Shown here: piece by piece, positions 1 to 12,569 of the stretch
How the letters are laid out: the number at the start of each line of letters is the position of its first letter
Numbering within the stretch: the first letter of the stretch is position 1
NCBI RefSeq assembly: GCF_016432865.1
Contig: NC_067398.1
Location: 6,262,001 to 6,326,000, forward strand
Source of the DNA: Antechinus flavipes
Lineage: Eukaryota
Reading direction: 5' to 3'
Length of the DNA stretch: 64,000 nucleotides
The notes under the pieces: generated by a model
Told to the model about the DNA's origin: nothing
Database searches by the model: none
What the model saw: only the letters and a program-made list of their open reading frames with translations
Program-made: the position numbers and the translations under genes

Positions 1-490
1 GGGCACCACATGCCTTGATAAGTTCTAGTTCTAGTTCAGTTCTAGACTCCACACTTGAGGAAGGTCTCTGATGAGTGTCTAGAAGTTTAAGGACCAATTG
101 AAGGAACTAGGGATGTGTAACTTGGAAAGGAAAAGACTCCAGAGAGCACCCAGAGCTGCCTTCCAAGAATCTGAAGGGCTATTCCATGGAAGAAAGATTA
201 GATGTGGTTAGCCTGGTGACAGAGGACAGAACTTTGAAGAATTTGGAGGAAATTATAGAGACAAAAACAGCTTGATGTTAAGGAAAACTATATAAGATTA
301 GGAGCTGCCCCAAAGTGAGATGATTTACTTTGAGGTCCCCACAGGGAATGAGTTCCCTGCCACTGAAAGTCTTCAAGCACAGAATGGATGAGAATTCACT
401 GGATTTGCTTTAGAAGAGATTCTCATTCAGATTTAGGTTGGATTAAATGACCTGTGAAATGGTGTCCAATGCTAAGATTCTCTCATATGG
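1..490 (+). mobile_element. CR1/L3 LINE 3' fragment
   Basis: Follows the L3 3' end pattern (gaaggaactagggatg..., aagtcttcaagcacagaatggatga..., ggttggattaaatgacc..., taagattct). Confidence 0.75.
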
Positions 491-679
491 CTAATTTCAC
501 TTATAAGTAGGCTGTTTGAGGGAGATTTTTTTGTCCTATATTTATATTTAAATCCATTTGATAAAATAGCCTCAGATATTAATGTTGTCATTGCTCATTT
601 TAGTCATGTCCTACTCTTCCTGACCCCATCTGAGGTTTTCTAGACAAAGCTACTTGAGTGGTTTCCCATTTCCTTCGCT

Positions 680-755
680 CTCATTTTATAGATGAGGAAC
701 TGAGGCATCCAGGGTTGCACACAGAACTTCCTGACTTCAAGTCTGGCCAGTGTGA
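680..755 (-). mobile_element. MIR SINE core fragment
   Basis: cattttatagatgaggaactgaggc is the reverse MIR core. Confidence 0.6.
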
Positions 756-829
756 CCATTAATCAAAGGCTGTCCTTGCCTTGAAAAAGCTTCCCATTGT
801 AAAACAAGGGGCAAAATGTAAAGGGCTCT

Positions 830-1175
830 ATGCATCCGAAATAGAGAGGAGGTCAGTGGGAGGTGGAAGGAACTTGATGGGATGGAGAAGGCCAAGGAGA
901 CATCTTGGGCAGAAGGCAGCACGGACCATAGAGTTGGGATGCAGTGTATTTGGAGGATATCAAAGAGGCCAGGAGAGCTGGATCATTGAGTAAATGAAGG
1001 GGACCAAAGTGTAAGAAGACTAAAGAGGTCTAAGGCTACTGTTGGAAGAGATTTAAAAGCTATTCAATGGCTGATGGAGGTAGGGAGTGACTTAGAGAGA
1101 GCCAAGTAGAGCAGAGAGAAGAGACTGGAGCAGGGGAGCACCACCACCAGGTTCCTTCAGTCTTCCAGGTACAAA
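830..1175 (-). mobile_element. L2 LINE fragment (degenerate)
   Basis: Purine-rich, L2-like tracts (agagaagagactggagcaggggag..., gtcttccaggt). Confidence 0.45.
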
Positions 1176-2384
1176 ATACAAAGGCCGAAACTATGAGATT
1201 TCAGATCAGCAGCCATTCTTTGGCCTTCCGACTGGTCGTTACAATTCAACTAAATTCAGCAGCATTTTAGGATTGTGTTCCTTTCCATTCTCGTAGATTT
1301 TTTCCTGGTTCGGTTTACTTCACTCTGCTCAGTTCTTGAAAGTCTCCCCTAATTTCTCTGAATCCCTCCTATTCCTGATCTCTCTTGGTGTTTTCCTTTT
1401 CCATTACCTTCAAAAACCCAATGGTCCATTTAGCCATTCTCCTGTTGGGAAGCATCTACTTTGTTTCAAGTTTCGTTTTGTTTTGCTACAGGAGGGGAAA
1501 GTGTTCTTCTACATTTTATACATTATTATATTTATTATATATTTATACATTTCTTTCCATCCCTGACTTCCCTCTCTCATTAGCCTCCCCAAGGATAGAA
1601 CAGGTGACTCTAATGATCAACTGGATTTCAATCTCTTTACAAGGACTTACCCAGGTTATGGGCCATCCGGCTGCCTCCAGGACCCTTCCCCTCCTCTCAG
1701 ACACAGAGATTCTGGGTGGAAAGGGAAGGACACGGGAGCGATGTGGCACTCTCCCCCTCTTCGTGAATGAAATTCGTCTGGTGATAGTTTCCATTTGTCC
1801 TCAGCCTGAGCCTTTCTATCTGGAAAGGGAGAAAACCTCATTATTAATGGTTTGAGGATGTCTGCAAATAGTCCGGGGGCTAGTGGAGCTGACTGGTGCC
1901 AACGAAGTGGAGGACAGGGTAAAATTACTACGTTTCTTGCTTTCCTTTATATAAATAAAAAGTCATTAATTAGCCATATTCCTTCCAAGTTGTGCTTGGG
2001 AGAGGCTACTAGTATGGGCTGTTCTCAGGGAGACCTGTTGGGGGCAGCAGACCTCTGGGCATACCTCCCTGGCTCCAAGCCCTTGCCCAGTTCATTGGAG
2101 CTCCTGTTTGAGCTGGTTGGTTTGAAGGGGTTTTTGTGGGGAGGGGGGGACTCTGCCATGGTCTGGCAGCAAGCTCCCAGGCCAGGCTCACGGGCTAATG
2201 ACCCTGGCCAGTCTCCGTTTTAGCCAAACATGCTTGTCCACTCGACGCAGAGCTCGGCTCCTCTCAGAGCTGCCCCAGAGTCAAAGGAGCTCTCCCTAAT
2301 TCCTGATTTCTGCATCTGCAGAGAGGGTGTCATCACTATCCAAATGGTAGCAAGCCCCAACCTTCTCGCCGAGATCATAGAGCC

Positions 2385-2998
2385 TCATGTTCTCTGTTTC
2401 TCTCTCTGTGTCTCTGTCTCTCTCTGTCTCTTTCTGTCACTCTCTCTGTCTCTTACTCTCTGTTTCTCCCTCCCTCTCTCTCCCCCTCCTCTCTTTCCCT
2501 CCCTCCTCTCTCTGTCTCTCGTATCCACACCTAAATAAACATGCTTCTCCGAGGCTCCCCAACAGCCTCAGGAGGAGATTGTAAAGGGAGGGATGAGCAA
2601 AGTGAGCTATAAAAGTACCTGGGCCTCCATGCTCCAAGTGCAACTTTATGAGGCTGAGGAATAGCTGGGTCAGCTTGAAGATGAGATACTCTTCCTGAAG
2701 CCTCTAGAAGTTCCAGTGTCACACCTTCTCCCTTTGTCTGGACCAGATGATGGGGCCATAATTAGGGGCTCCAGTTGCCACTTAAGTGAACAGGATGTTT
2801 TGCATCCATAATATTCTCCAGCACACCCCAGATGAATGAGGCTAGGATCTCAAATATGTTTTTCTTTTTCTCTTCCTGACTCTGTCTCCTTGTCTCTTTT
2901 TCTCTCTCCACCTTTATTTTTCTCTCTCTGTTTTTCTGTCTCTGTGTGTTTCTAACTCCCTGTCTCTTTCTGTCTCTGTTGCTATTTGACCCTGTCTC
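2385..2998. repeat. Two (TC)n/(TCTG)n pyrimidine tracts (2385-2520 and 2860-2998; the second runs into a gap)
   Basis: Seen directly. Confidence 0.9.
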
Positions 2999-3397
2999 NN
3001 NNNNNNNNNNNNNNNNNNNNNNNNNNNNNNNNNNNNNNNNNNNNNNNNNNNNNNNNNNNNNNNNNNNNNNNNNNNNNNNNNNNNNNNNNNNNNNNNNNNN
3101 NNNNNNNNNNNNNNNNNNNNNNNNNNNNNNNNNNNNNNNNNNNNNNNNNNNNNNNNNNNNNNNNNNNNNNNNNNNNNNNNNNNNNNNNNNNNNNNNNNNN
3201 NNNNNTTTCAAAAAGTTCTTGCCACGCAGCCAAGGAGTAGGTGGTAAAATGGAGGCCCAGAGAACTTACGAGTCCTCCCTCATTCCCTCATGCCTGATCC
3301 CTACAACCAAACCAAGACAGAATCAGATAAACTAGTAGACTACCCCCTCTAGCAGCTAATAATAGTGAGTGGGAACATAAAAGTGAGGTTATTGGGG

Positions 3398-3515
3398 TTT
3401 GCAAAGCACTTTACAAATATCTCATTGCATCTTGGAGATAAGTACTTTTATTATACCCATTTTTATCGATAAGAAAATTGAGGCTGAGAGAGATTAAGGG
3501 GCTTAGCCTGGAGTT
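3398..3515 (-). mobile_element. MIR SINE fragment
   Basis: caaagcactttacaaatatctcatt...cccatttttatcgataagaaaattgaggctgagagagattaag. Confidence 0.65.
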
Positions 3516-5037
3516 TCCAGAGACCATGTTGGGGGCCCAAGATGAGCTTTTCCCTAATCTGAGTCCACTCTAAACTTCAATGTCCAGGGACTCTCAATGC
3601 TTCCCCCCTGCCCCTAGTACTTCCCACCAGGCCATCCCACTCCTTCCTGTGGAGAATCCAACAAGCTTCCAAGGACTCTTAGGGGAAAATCAAGCTTTCA
3701 GGCAATAGTTGGGTTTTGTTTGGTGTGTTTTGCTTCGTTTTATTTTTTGATAACCACCTTCCCTTTTCCACAATCTGGCTCCCACTTGCTTTCCAGCCTG
3801 AAGCTCCCCTTTATCCCTTCTTTATTCCTGTCCCCCTGGCTGGCAGGCTTTCCAGGCCAGGGAGCCCAGCCTTTTTAGATATCAAACTAGCAAGCAAACA
3901 AACTTGGATTATCACATACCCACATGATTCCCCACCCTGGCCTGGGCCTGGGAAATGCAGCAAATACAAAACAGTCCCTGCCCTCAAGGAGTTTATTTTC
4001 TCTGGAGAATGTAAAGTGTGTGTATTTGTGTATCCACATACACAGTTGTATACTTAGGCACATACACAGAAATATGGATGTATATTATATGCATAGTAAA
4101 TATGTACAAAAAAGAAATGAGAATTTGGGGGATCCAGGAGCCTTTGGGGGATTACTCAAGCTCTCAAGCAGGAGGCAGTGCTTGAACCCAGATCCAGAGG
4201 AAGCCAGAGAGGCCATGTCTTCCCCTGCTTCTTTCCCCTGTCAGCTTCCTAGGCTCCCCAGCTGCCTTCAGAGCCCTTTGCCTCCCTTCAGCCCCTTCCT
4301 CCTGGCTTAGTGCTCTTTTGCTCCTCCGAGCGGCCTTTCCCCATCTAAGCATCCCTTAGGGTACCTGATCCTGTCCTGCACCCCTCCCCAGAGAATGCCT
4401 TGTCCCTGCAGGCAGGCTGGGCTGCTGTTTTCCTTGGTTGTTTTCCCATCCCCAGCACCGAGGCTCAACTCCCACTGCTGATGCTTCCTCCCTGAGTGAC
4501 TGGGCCAGGCCCTTGATAAAACTAAGGGGCTTGGAAAGGAAGCCCCTAGGAGGCCCAATCAGTGGTTTTGTGACTGTCTGATGGTAAATGATGCTCGAAT
4601 TGACTCCTGTAAGTCCTTTGCCAGTACCCAGGTGTGTCACCTGAATCAGCGTCTATGATGGAGCCCACTGGCCACTCTGGTGAGGAAGACCATAACCAGG
4701 GCGATGGGCCACCCTTGCATCGGACCCCTTTGGGGTCCCAAGCACCTTTTTCAAAATGTTGCCTAAGGCCAGATTCCCCAAGAAGAGTGAGAAGAAAGGG
4801 GAGGAAGTGGGGGTGGGTTGGGGGGTCCACCTTTCTTGGGCACCGCTGGGCTCCAGTCCCAGCTCTGAAGGCAAGATTTCCCAGATGAGTCCTTCCATCA
4901 AAGTCTGTCTCTTTGGGGTGTCCAAGCTGATTGCTCAGATGGGGAAGGCCGGAGCCGATGAGGGCTTTCATATGACACTTGAGAAACTCTCTAAGCAAGC
5001 CGACTGCAGAAAACTTGAGTGAGCTAGCCCTCCTTTC

Positions 5038-5200
5038 TGATGATGTCATCCACTTCCACTTCCTCCAGTCCTCCAGTCCTATGATTAATAAAGGGGGATT
5101 ATGAGAGTGACTGCCTCTTAGTGGGCCATGATGACATCAGCAACAGCTGAGCAAACTGGCTGGGTTTACGTGTGTGTTTTCAATGACTAACCAAGAAGCA
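5038..5200. promoter_or_regulatory. Candidate upstream enhancer with paired variant CREs, ETS, E-box and AP-1-like sites
   Basis: TGATGTCATC (5041-5050) and its reverse complement GATGACATCA (5130-5139); CACTTCCACTTCCTC (5051-5065); CAGCTG, TTACGT and TGACTAA, all within 160 bp. Confidence 0.5.
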
Positions 5201-6074
5201 AACAGCATCCAAGGAAACAAAAGTTCCTTGAAATGAGGAGAACCCCTTGGGTGAACCTTCCCAATGGGGGCCACCATTCTCATTCTTCCCAAATTATATT
5301 CCAGGGCATTTCAATTGGTTCTCCGAGCAATGCTGACATTTTCCCTTTTCCTTAGGAGACTGCTGATTATCCATCCCTGCTCCCTCACCAGCCTTTTGGA
5401 TCAAGATTTGTGGGAGGCCTGTCTTTTGTCACTCTGAGTAACACTGATGACTTGTCCTTCCTTAGTCATTCTCTTTAAGGGTCCTTAGGGTATCTTTTTT
5501 AAGGGATTCTATTATCTTGAGACTCATCAAAAATAAAGTCTTTCTCCCACTGTTGTGGCTAAGTGCAGAGATACAGGGAAATGACTCTAAAACTATTTTA
5601 TTCCTTTTTTTTCCCCCCAAAAGGATACAACCTTCCAGAAACTATGTCTACTGGTTCATTTTTGCCAGCTTGATCTTTCAAAATTAGAGGTAAGCACTTG
5701 AAGATATTGATAGAGGAAGGTGCAAGGCTGTTGAGAACAGACTTCTAAAGTAAATGGCATTACTTACCCAGCTTAAAGATAAGCACTGGATGGCCTCAGC
5801 TAATCCTCCAAACTGGCCAACAGGAAAAAAAGTTGGCTATCTTGGATTCTCTCTACTGTAGAAAGTAGTCATGCTCTCCATTATGATAATGATCTGTGAA
5901 GACAGGGGACCACCTCCAACCAAGGAAGATTTGTCCTTGCATTCTGCCCCAGAAATTCTCAGTTCAGACGAGTCTTGCCAGTGAGCTGGCAATGTGTAAA
6001 CAAGAACAAGCCTTGGGATTTCAGGAGTCCAGCTGGAGGAGACCAGGGATATACCATGATCCCATTTTCTCAAT

Positions 6075-6200
6075 CAATATAAGGAAATAGAAACCAAAGG
6101 GATGATGGCCTGCCTAAAGGTCACATAGGTGATAAATGGCAGAGTTTGAATTCAGCCCTCACTCTCGGACTACAGATCCTTCGCTCTGTCCATCATACAG
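6075..6200 (-). mobile_element. MIR SINE fragment
   Basis: aaggtcacataggtgataaatggcagagtttgaattcag. Confidence 0.55.
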
Positions 6201-6964
6201 TATGGCCTTGTAGGCAAAAAGCCTAGCCTAGCACATAAATTGGCTATTTGCATCTCTCTACCTCATTTTAAACAGATTTTTTTTTTCCGACTGAGAGTAT
6301 AAGTTCTAGCGTTTCTAAAGTAACGTATTTTTTTTTTAAAGTGTGGTAGAAGGTCACTCCATCCAGGGAAAAATAAAGGCATTTCTGATTCATTTGGGAG
6401 TCAGCTCAGGCATTTGGCTCCCAAGGAGACCTTTTACCTTTGGTTTTGGAGTGATTCAGTTTTTAGTGGAGACGAGAAAGTAGCTTCATGTCTCACTTTT
6501 CTCACCCCCTCACCATGTCTCAGTTTTCTCTCATCCTCCCCTTCACCTCCTCCCCACCCCTACCCCCAAGCTTTTCATCTTTAAGCAACTAACTCCCTGT
6601 CATTGTGGTACTTTCTGAATGATCAAAGCCATCTGAGTGACGCAGGAGATTAACCTTGGGAAAGGTGACCCTACCTTCCTGAAGAATACTAGTTCAAACA
6701 CCAGGGATCCTCATTATGGCAGCTCCCATTCTGCTCTGCGGCCTTTGCAGGTAGCTGAGGTTGAACTTCTGGTGCGATGGGGAATCTGATGATATCAGTG
6801 CCTCTAAAAAAGGAGCGCAGAGGGGATTGTGAGGTCACTGACGGAGGACCTGGCTGCCTTCCAGGAAGGAAATATGACTTAGAGAACATTATCTTGATTG
6901 TAACTACCTTTAAGAGAAATCAAAGGTTTTATTTTTTCTATTTACTCTCTCTTTGTATATACTT

Positions 6965-7125
6965 ATTGTTTTTTTTATTTCTATAAATTCTTTTTTATTG
7001 AATATTTCATTTTCCCTAGTTACATGTAAAACAATTTATAACATTTGTTTTTAAAATGTTGAGTTCTAAATTGTCTCCCTCTCCCCATTGAAAAGCATGC
7101 AATATTGTTAATATTTGCTTTGCAA
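6965..7125 (-). mobile_element. Old marsupial-type L1 3' end
   Basis: T-rich tail then ttttccctagttacatgtaaaacaatttataacatt..., typical of marsupial L1 3' UTRs. Confidence 0.6.
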
Positions 7126-7199
7126 AGTGGGAAGGAAGTCATACAATCTTTGTATTTTATTTTTATCCCCGCGTTTCCTTGGAAGAGAGGCAAATAGAT

Positions 7200-7430
7200 G
7201 TATTGGCTAAAGGGCTGGAGCCGGAGTCAGAACGTCTTGCCTCTAACACTAGCTAAGTGACTATCAGTGAATTTCTTCTATCCTCAGTTTCCCCATGAGT
7301 AAAAAGAGAAGAATGGGGATGATGGTAATCATATCATCCCCTTTGCAAGACTGTCACAAGACTCATGTAAGATAATGAGGAGAAAGGACTATACAATCTT
7401 TCAAACACTGTGTAAATACTGGTTATCATC
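7200..7430 (+). mobile_element. MIR SINE
   Basis: ggctggagccggagtcaga...cctcagtttccccatgagtaaaa...tgtaaatactggttatcatc. Confidence 0.65.
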
Positions 7431-7744
7431 AGTTGCTAAATGGGACAATGAAAATCTAAAAAAACCCAGCCATATATCTTGAGAAGGGCTAGGTTTGAGG
7501 TCATCACCAACCGGTGTTTTTTGCTCATTTCCAAATTGGTATTCAACTGTCAACCAACAATTTATTGAGAAAATCGGGCACAGAACTTGGACAGTGATGT
7601 GAGAAAGGAAGGGCTCTTAGTCATGGTCAACTACACAATAGTTTAACCAAAGCATACTGCAGTATGTGATTATTTGCATTTTTCTGTCATTTGAGTACTC
7701 ATTTTGGTCATCTAAATCTGGAGTAGATCTACATGGAGGAAAGG

Positions 7745-7900
7745 GAATCTGGGTTCAAAACTGGCTTCTGAGACTTTGGGCAAGTCCTTTAAGCTATCTG
7801 AATCCAGTTTCTTCACTTCTAAAATAAGGGAGTCAATTTAAATGATGGCCAAGCTACCTTCCATTTCTAAATTTATGATCTTACGATCTTTTCTAGTTGT
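7745..7900 (+). mobile_element. CORE-SINE (MIR3-like, CR1-derived tail)
   Basis: ctgggttcaaa...ctttgggcaagtc...cagtttcttcacttctaaaataaggg...ccttccatttctaaatttatgatc. Confidence 0.6.
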
Positions 7901-8664
7901 AATTCTATGATCTTAGTTGATAGTCCAAAAAGAGAATTGTGGCAGTTGGTGATCTAGCCTGGGTAGAATCATTTTCCTCCGATTTGGGGATAATTCTTTT
8001 GGTGAGTCCCTTCAGTCCACTTTTGAATCTCCAGTCTAAGACACTCAAATGGACCCTCCACTATTTTTGGCTTCCTGGTTGCAGACGTCCGATGCTGCTC
8101 ACTTTCTGGCCACCACCTAACTACCTAAGCCCAAGCCAAAGGGTTGTGAAGGCCCGGGCTGCTCCAGCAAACGGGCAGGGCTTGCCAATTACTTATTTAA
8201 TTTAAACCATTTGATGAACCCTTAATCACGGTCTCCTGAAATACGTCTGCAGCCAAGGCCCTCAGACATTCTCCTGATGTTCCTCTTTCAGACTGGGCTC
8301 TTTGAAGATGCACCAATTCTGCCTGCACCGGCCAGGAGGTTTGTCTGCCCTTGACCCCAGAATAATAAGTCAGATGCTGAGAACACCCCGAGTCATTCGG
8401 ATTTTTCTCCACAGTCATGTTTCATGTTTAGTTCCCCAGATGAGATAAATCAAAAATGAAGCTTTTGGGGAAACATTTTTCATAGGAAAGAATTAAAAAA
8501 AATACACTGGCTTGTCAGCAGGATCCAGTCTCTTTACTGTATCCTTTTTTTTGGGGGGGGGTGTTTTTAGGTTTTTTGGTTTGAATAAGGGAAAAACCAA
8601 TGACTGGAACCATAAGATTTAAAAATAAACTTTCTCTCTGATTCTTTGCTATCTGGGTATCGTT

Positions 8665-8770
8665 GGTCACATCACTTGACTTTTATGTGCCTCAGTTTCC
8701 TCATCTGTAAAATGAAGAAATCCAGATAGATAAACTTGGAGGTTACTTTCAGGTCTATGGTTATGATCCA
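8665..8770 (+). mobile_element. CORE-SINE (MIR/MIR3) fragment
   Basis: gcctcagtttcctcatctgtaaaatgaag is a near-perfect core. Confidence 0.65.
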
Positions 8771-9924
8771 GCAACAATCCATATCCACCAAAAAAAAAAA
8801 TCTCGTGTCTCACTCCTAGCTCCTGAATTAGAACGAGAGACCCACGACAGAGAAAGGAAAACCAAGTTTTCGGTTTGGGGATGGGGTTTGAGGGGACAGC
8901 CTTTATTCTCAATCTCTGCCAGTTTTGTCTCTGGACAGAAAATGCCCAGAATTTATTGGTGTGGAAATTCTTGTTTAATGGCTATCACAAGAAAAAAGGC
9001 AATATAGAAAATAACCCCCCACCCCAGCCCAAGAAAGGCAGCTCTTGTCCTGACAAGAACTTTGGTTTTTGACCAGGTTCCTAACTGGAATTGCAAACAC
9101 TGTCTCCAAAGCCAATCCACCTCCCTGGGCATTACTGAGGGACTGGTGGTGGGCAGCAGCTAGACAGAGCCCCTTGGGCCAATTTATATTTGAGTAGAAA
9201 CGTGCAACAAGATACAGCTCTCTGCCTTGTACATTTAAGGGAAGGTAGAAAGAGACCCCAGAGGCCATGCTAGTACCTAGTTACCACTGACATGGGTTTC
9301 CTAGAGGTTGCTCTTCCTTCTAGGGATGGGAGTTTATTAGCATGTTGATGCTCAGGGTGGGTGCAGCTTTCCAGCCCTTTCAGAAATCCTGAATTCTCCC
9401 CAGAGGTGCAATAATAGAATATCAGACATCTGAAGTGAGCCAGTTCCTGAGGGAGAAGTAGCAATCCTTTTCAGATTTAGGATCCAAGGAAAAAATAGTT
9501 TCTTCCATCCCAGCCACAGATTGGACCCCATGACCCTCTGCTCTGGTTGCAATGGCTGACATCAAGATTTGGATCCAAAATGTTTTGGCTGAAGGATGGG
9601 GTGGGGGAGAATATTGAACCTCCCTCCCCGTTCTTGAGCTACCAAAAGATGGAGGAAGAAAAAGAGGCGGGAAGGAAAAAAAAAGAGGAGGGGAGAAAGA
9701 TGGAGAATATCTCTCTAGCGCCCTAGGATCCTGATTTGTGTGGGGAAAAGGGGGTGAAATGGAGACCCCCTTGTGTAGATGGTGGGGCACTGCCCCTAGG
9801 AAGGCACTGCCCCCAGAAGCCCAGGAGGCTCGTGAGCTCCCAGCTCAGTTGCCTGCTCTGGCCCGTTAGCTTGCAGCGTGCTCCCAGTGAACCACCAGCA
9901 GGTGTTGCTCAAGGTACAGAGCTT

Positions 9925-10515
9925 CAGCAGGCAGGCAGAGAAAGAGAGGGAAGGGAGGCAGGAAAAGGAGGAGGCAGGCAGGCAGGGAGGAGGGAGGGGG
10001 CAGGCAGGCAGGCAGGGAGATATGGAGGGAGGGAGTCAGGAAGGGTGGCTGGCTGGCTGGCTGGCTGAGGAGCCAATGGAATGAATGGACCTGACTTGGG
10101 GGAAGAGAAGGGGGAGAAGGAGGAGGGGGAGGGAGGAGGGAGGAGGAGGCGAGGAAGTGATAGCAGCAGTATAGCAGCACAAGCCAGAGACTAGGCTGCC
10201 TCAAAGGAGGGGGAAGCAAGGGACCCCCGGCCCCGGATACTGCTCAGCCCAAGGTTGGGAACACTGGAGATCTGGGAATCTGGCTTCTTTTTTAGGTTGT
10301 TTAACCCTCTTGTTTTGCTTTGACCCTAAACACCCATTCTTCGGAGGGTGCCATTGAGAGCTTTTGGAGAGAGAGGAGAGGAGAGGAGGAGGAAGATGAA
10401 GAAGAGAAGGAGAGACAGAGACAGACAGATAGAAAAAGAGACACAGAGAGAGACTCGGAGACAGAGGAGATAGAGAGGGACAGAGACAGAGACAGAGAAA
10501 CAGAGAGAGGGGGAG
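9925..10515. repeat. Purine-rich compound microsatellites: (GGCA)n/(GGCT)n/(GGA)n at 9925-10155 and (GA)n/(GACA)n at 10365-10515
   Basis: Seen directly. Confidence 0.9.
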
Positions 10516-10764
10516 AGAACACCCTATTATTAAAAAAAAAAACCCAAAAAACAAGGCCTCCTTGGTTGTAGCCTTAGCAACCACTATGAAGCTCTCTCCC
10601 AGACATGCGTCCATTGCTGGGTGCTGGAAAACTGATTCTGAGCATCAGTGTGTTCCATACTCTTTAAAGAGTCATTGAAAGCAGCAAGACCTTGTCCTAG
10701 CCTTGTCTTTAACAGTCAGTGGCTGTTTCTCTGTCCTGGTAACTCAGCTCATGTAACTCTTAGA

Positions 10765-11020
10765 GGCTAGTGGCTTCTGCAGTCAGTGAGAACCCGGGTC
10801 CTGGAGTTCAAATTCAGCTGCAAATACTTAATACGTGGATGTCTCTGAGCAAATCAGTCAACCCTCAGCCTCGGTTTCTTTACCTATGAAATGCCATAAT
10901 AATAGCACCTACCTCCCCGGGATGTTGGACTCAAAGAATATAACAATGGTACAGAACCTTGCAAGTTTCAAAGACCAATATAAATGTTCTTATTACTAAG
11001 CAGCCCCTCAGCAACTCTAT
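10765..11020 (+). mobile_element. MIR SINE
   Basis: ggagttcaaattcagct...cctcggtttctttacctatgaaatg...ataatagcacctacctc...ataaatgttcttattact. Confidence 0.65.
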
Positions 11021-12384
11021 ATGGCTCAGTCATAAAGTATTCGTCAACCCACACTGATTGATTCTTTGAACCACAAGTTTGTTTTGAAAAAAAGAAATTA
11101 GCCATTTTGGAGCTCTTTTCCTCCCTTGCAAAAAGTGGTTGAATATTTGGCCATCTGTGGGAAACTTTTCCGGAATAAGTGCTTCATCCTTCTTGGAGTA
11201 TCTCTATTCATTATAAGAGCCCTTATGGAAAAAAGATGGGGCACAGGGGGGCATGTGGTTCAGGTCCTCTCCAGTGCCGGACAGAGCCGAGACCCCTTTT
11301 GCTTTGCTGTTGAACTTCATTTTCCCTCCCTGTGACATGGTCAGGGTGACCCAGAGAGACCCTTAGACCACCAAGTCTGTAGAGCTAGTACAATGTTGGG
11401 GTAAGATAATGTACATAAAGGGTTTCCAAACTTCAGAGTGCAAGGTAAATAGAGACTGCTCAGTGGGTACACACACGCATGCACACACATACAAGCACAC
11501 ACAAGCACACAGAGACACCGTCTTCAGCCAGCTGGGACTATCCTCCAAAATTTCAGCCCTGCCTCCCCTGAAAGGGACCTGTTGAAACTCTCCCATTCAA
11601 CAGAAGGCCAGGAGCCTCTGCATTTTGCTTGTGGGCACAGTGAAAAGTTTATTTTATGCATGTTAAATCCTGCAAACAAAACAACATATCTGGTCATCTG
11701 GCTTCCATTAGCTCCCAATTTTGCACATTTTATCTGACTCCTCCTGAAAAGCTGGCTTGGACTCCAAGGGTTCCCCTTTCACACAGGCCATCCAGCCCCT
11801 CCAAATTCTCACTCAGACTTTCTGGTTTCCTGCTTTTAACCTGAGAAACTTTCCTCTTATTCTGAAAAAAACTTCATCTCTGGGTATGAATCTCATGGTA
11901 TTAAACTTCTGTTACCACAGAGAGGAGTTGGGGAGGGGGAGAACACTTAAGAGGAATGATTTCTGTGAAGAGCAGGGAAATGAGAGGAGTCCCTTTTTTT
12001 TCCCTAAAAGAACTGTGTCCCCAGGAAGCGAGATGATTTCCCAAATTGCTCCTGATTTTTAAAAAATGCTTCAAGAATGAAAAGGAGACTTTTAATTTTC
12101 CAATCAAACTGTAGTCCTGCGGGGGGGAGGGCAGAAGAAGGGCTCCCCAGCCCTAGGACTTGGTATGGGCAGACATATTTTTCAAATGCCTTTGAGATGA
12201 GTTGCTCTCTGAGTTTTGTCCCCGTCAGATGACGGTTTCTCTGAAAGCAGGGACCGGTGCTCTGAGGAAGCAGGCTGTAAACAGAGAGCTGGATCAATGA
12301 AGTGACCCCTCTGCTTGGGAGAAGTCAAACTGAGTCTGGGAGGAGATGGCTGTCCCCCACTGTGTCTGAGTAGTAGGGGAACAG

Positions 12385-12436
12385 TTGTGAGCTGGCTCCT
12401 CAGTGTGGGATTGTGAGCTGGCTCCTCAGTGTGGGA
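12385..12436. repeat. Perfect 26-bp tandem duplication TTGTGAGCTGGCTCCTCAGTGTGGGA x2
   Basis: 12385-12410 and 12411-12436 are identical. Confidence 0.95.
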
Positions 12437-12569
12437 GGCCTGCTCACTTCTCATTTTCTCTATTAAAAGGCTGAAGATTCACTGGCTCCGTGTATCACCC
12501 AACAGTTAGTGTCATCTTAGACAAATAGGGTTTTCCATTAGATAATGAATTATGAGAGAAATATGTTTC

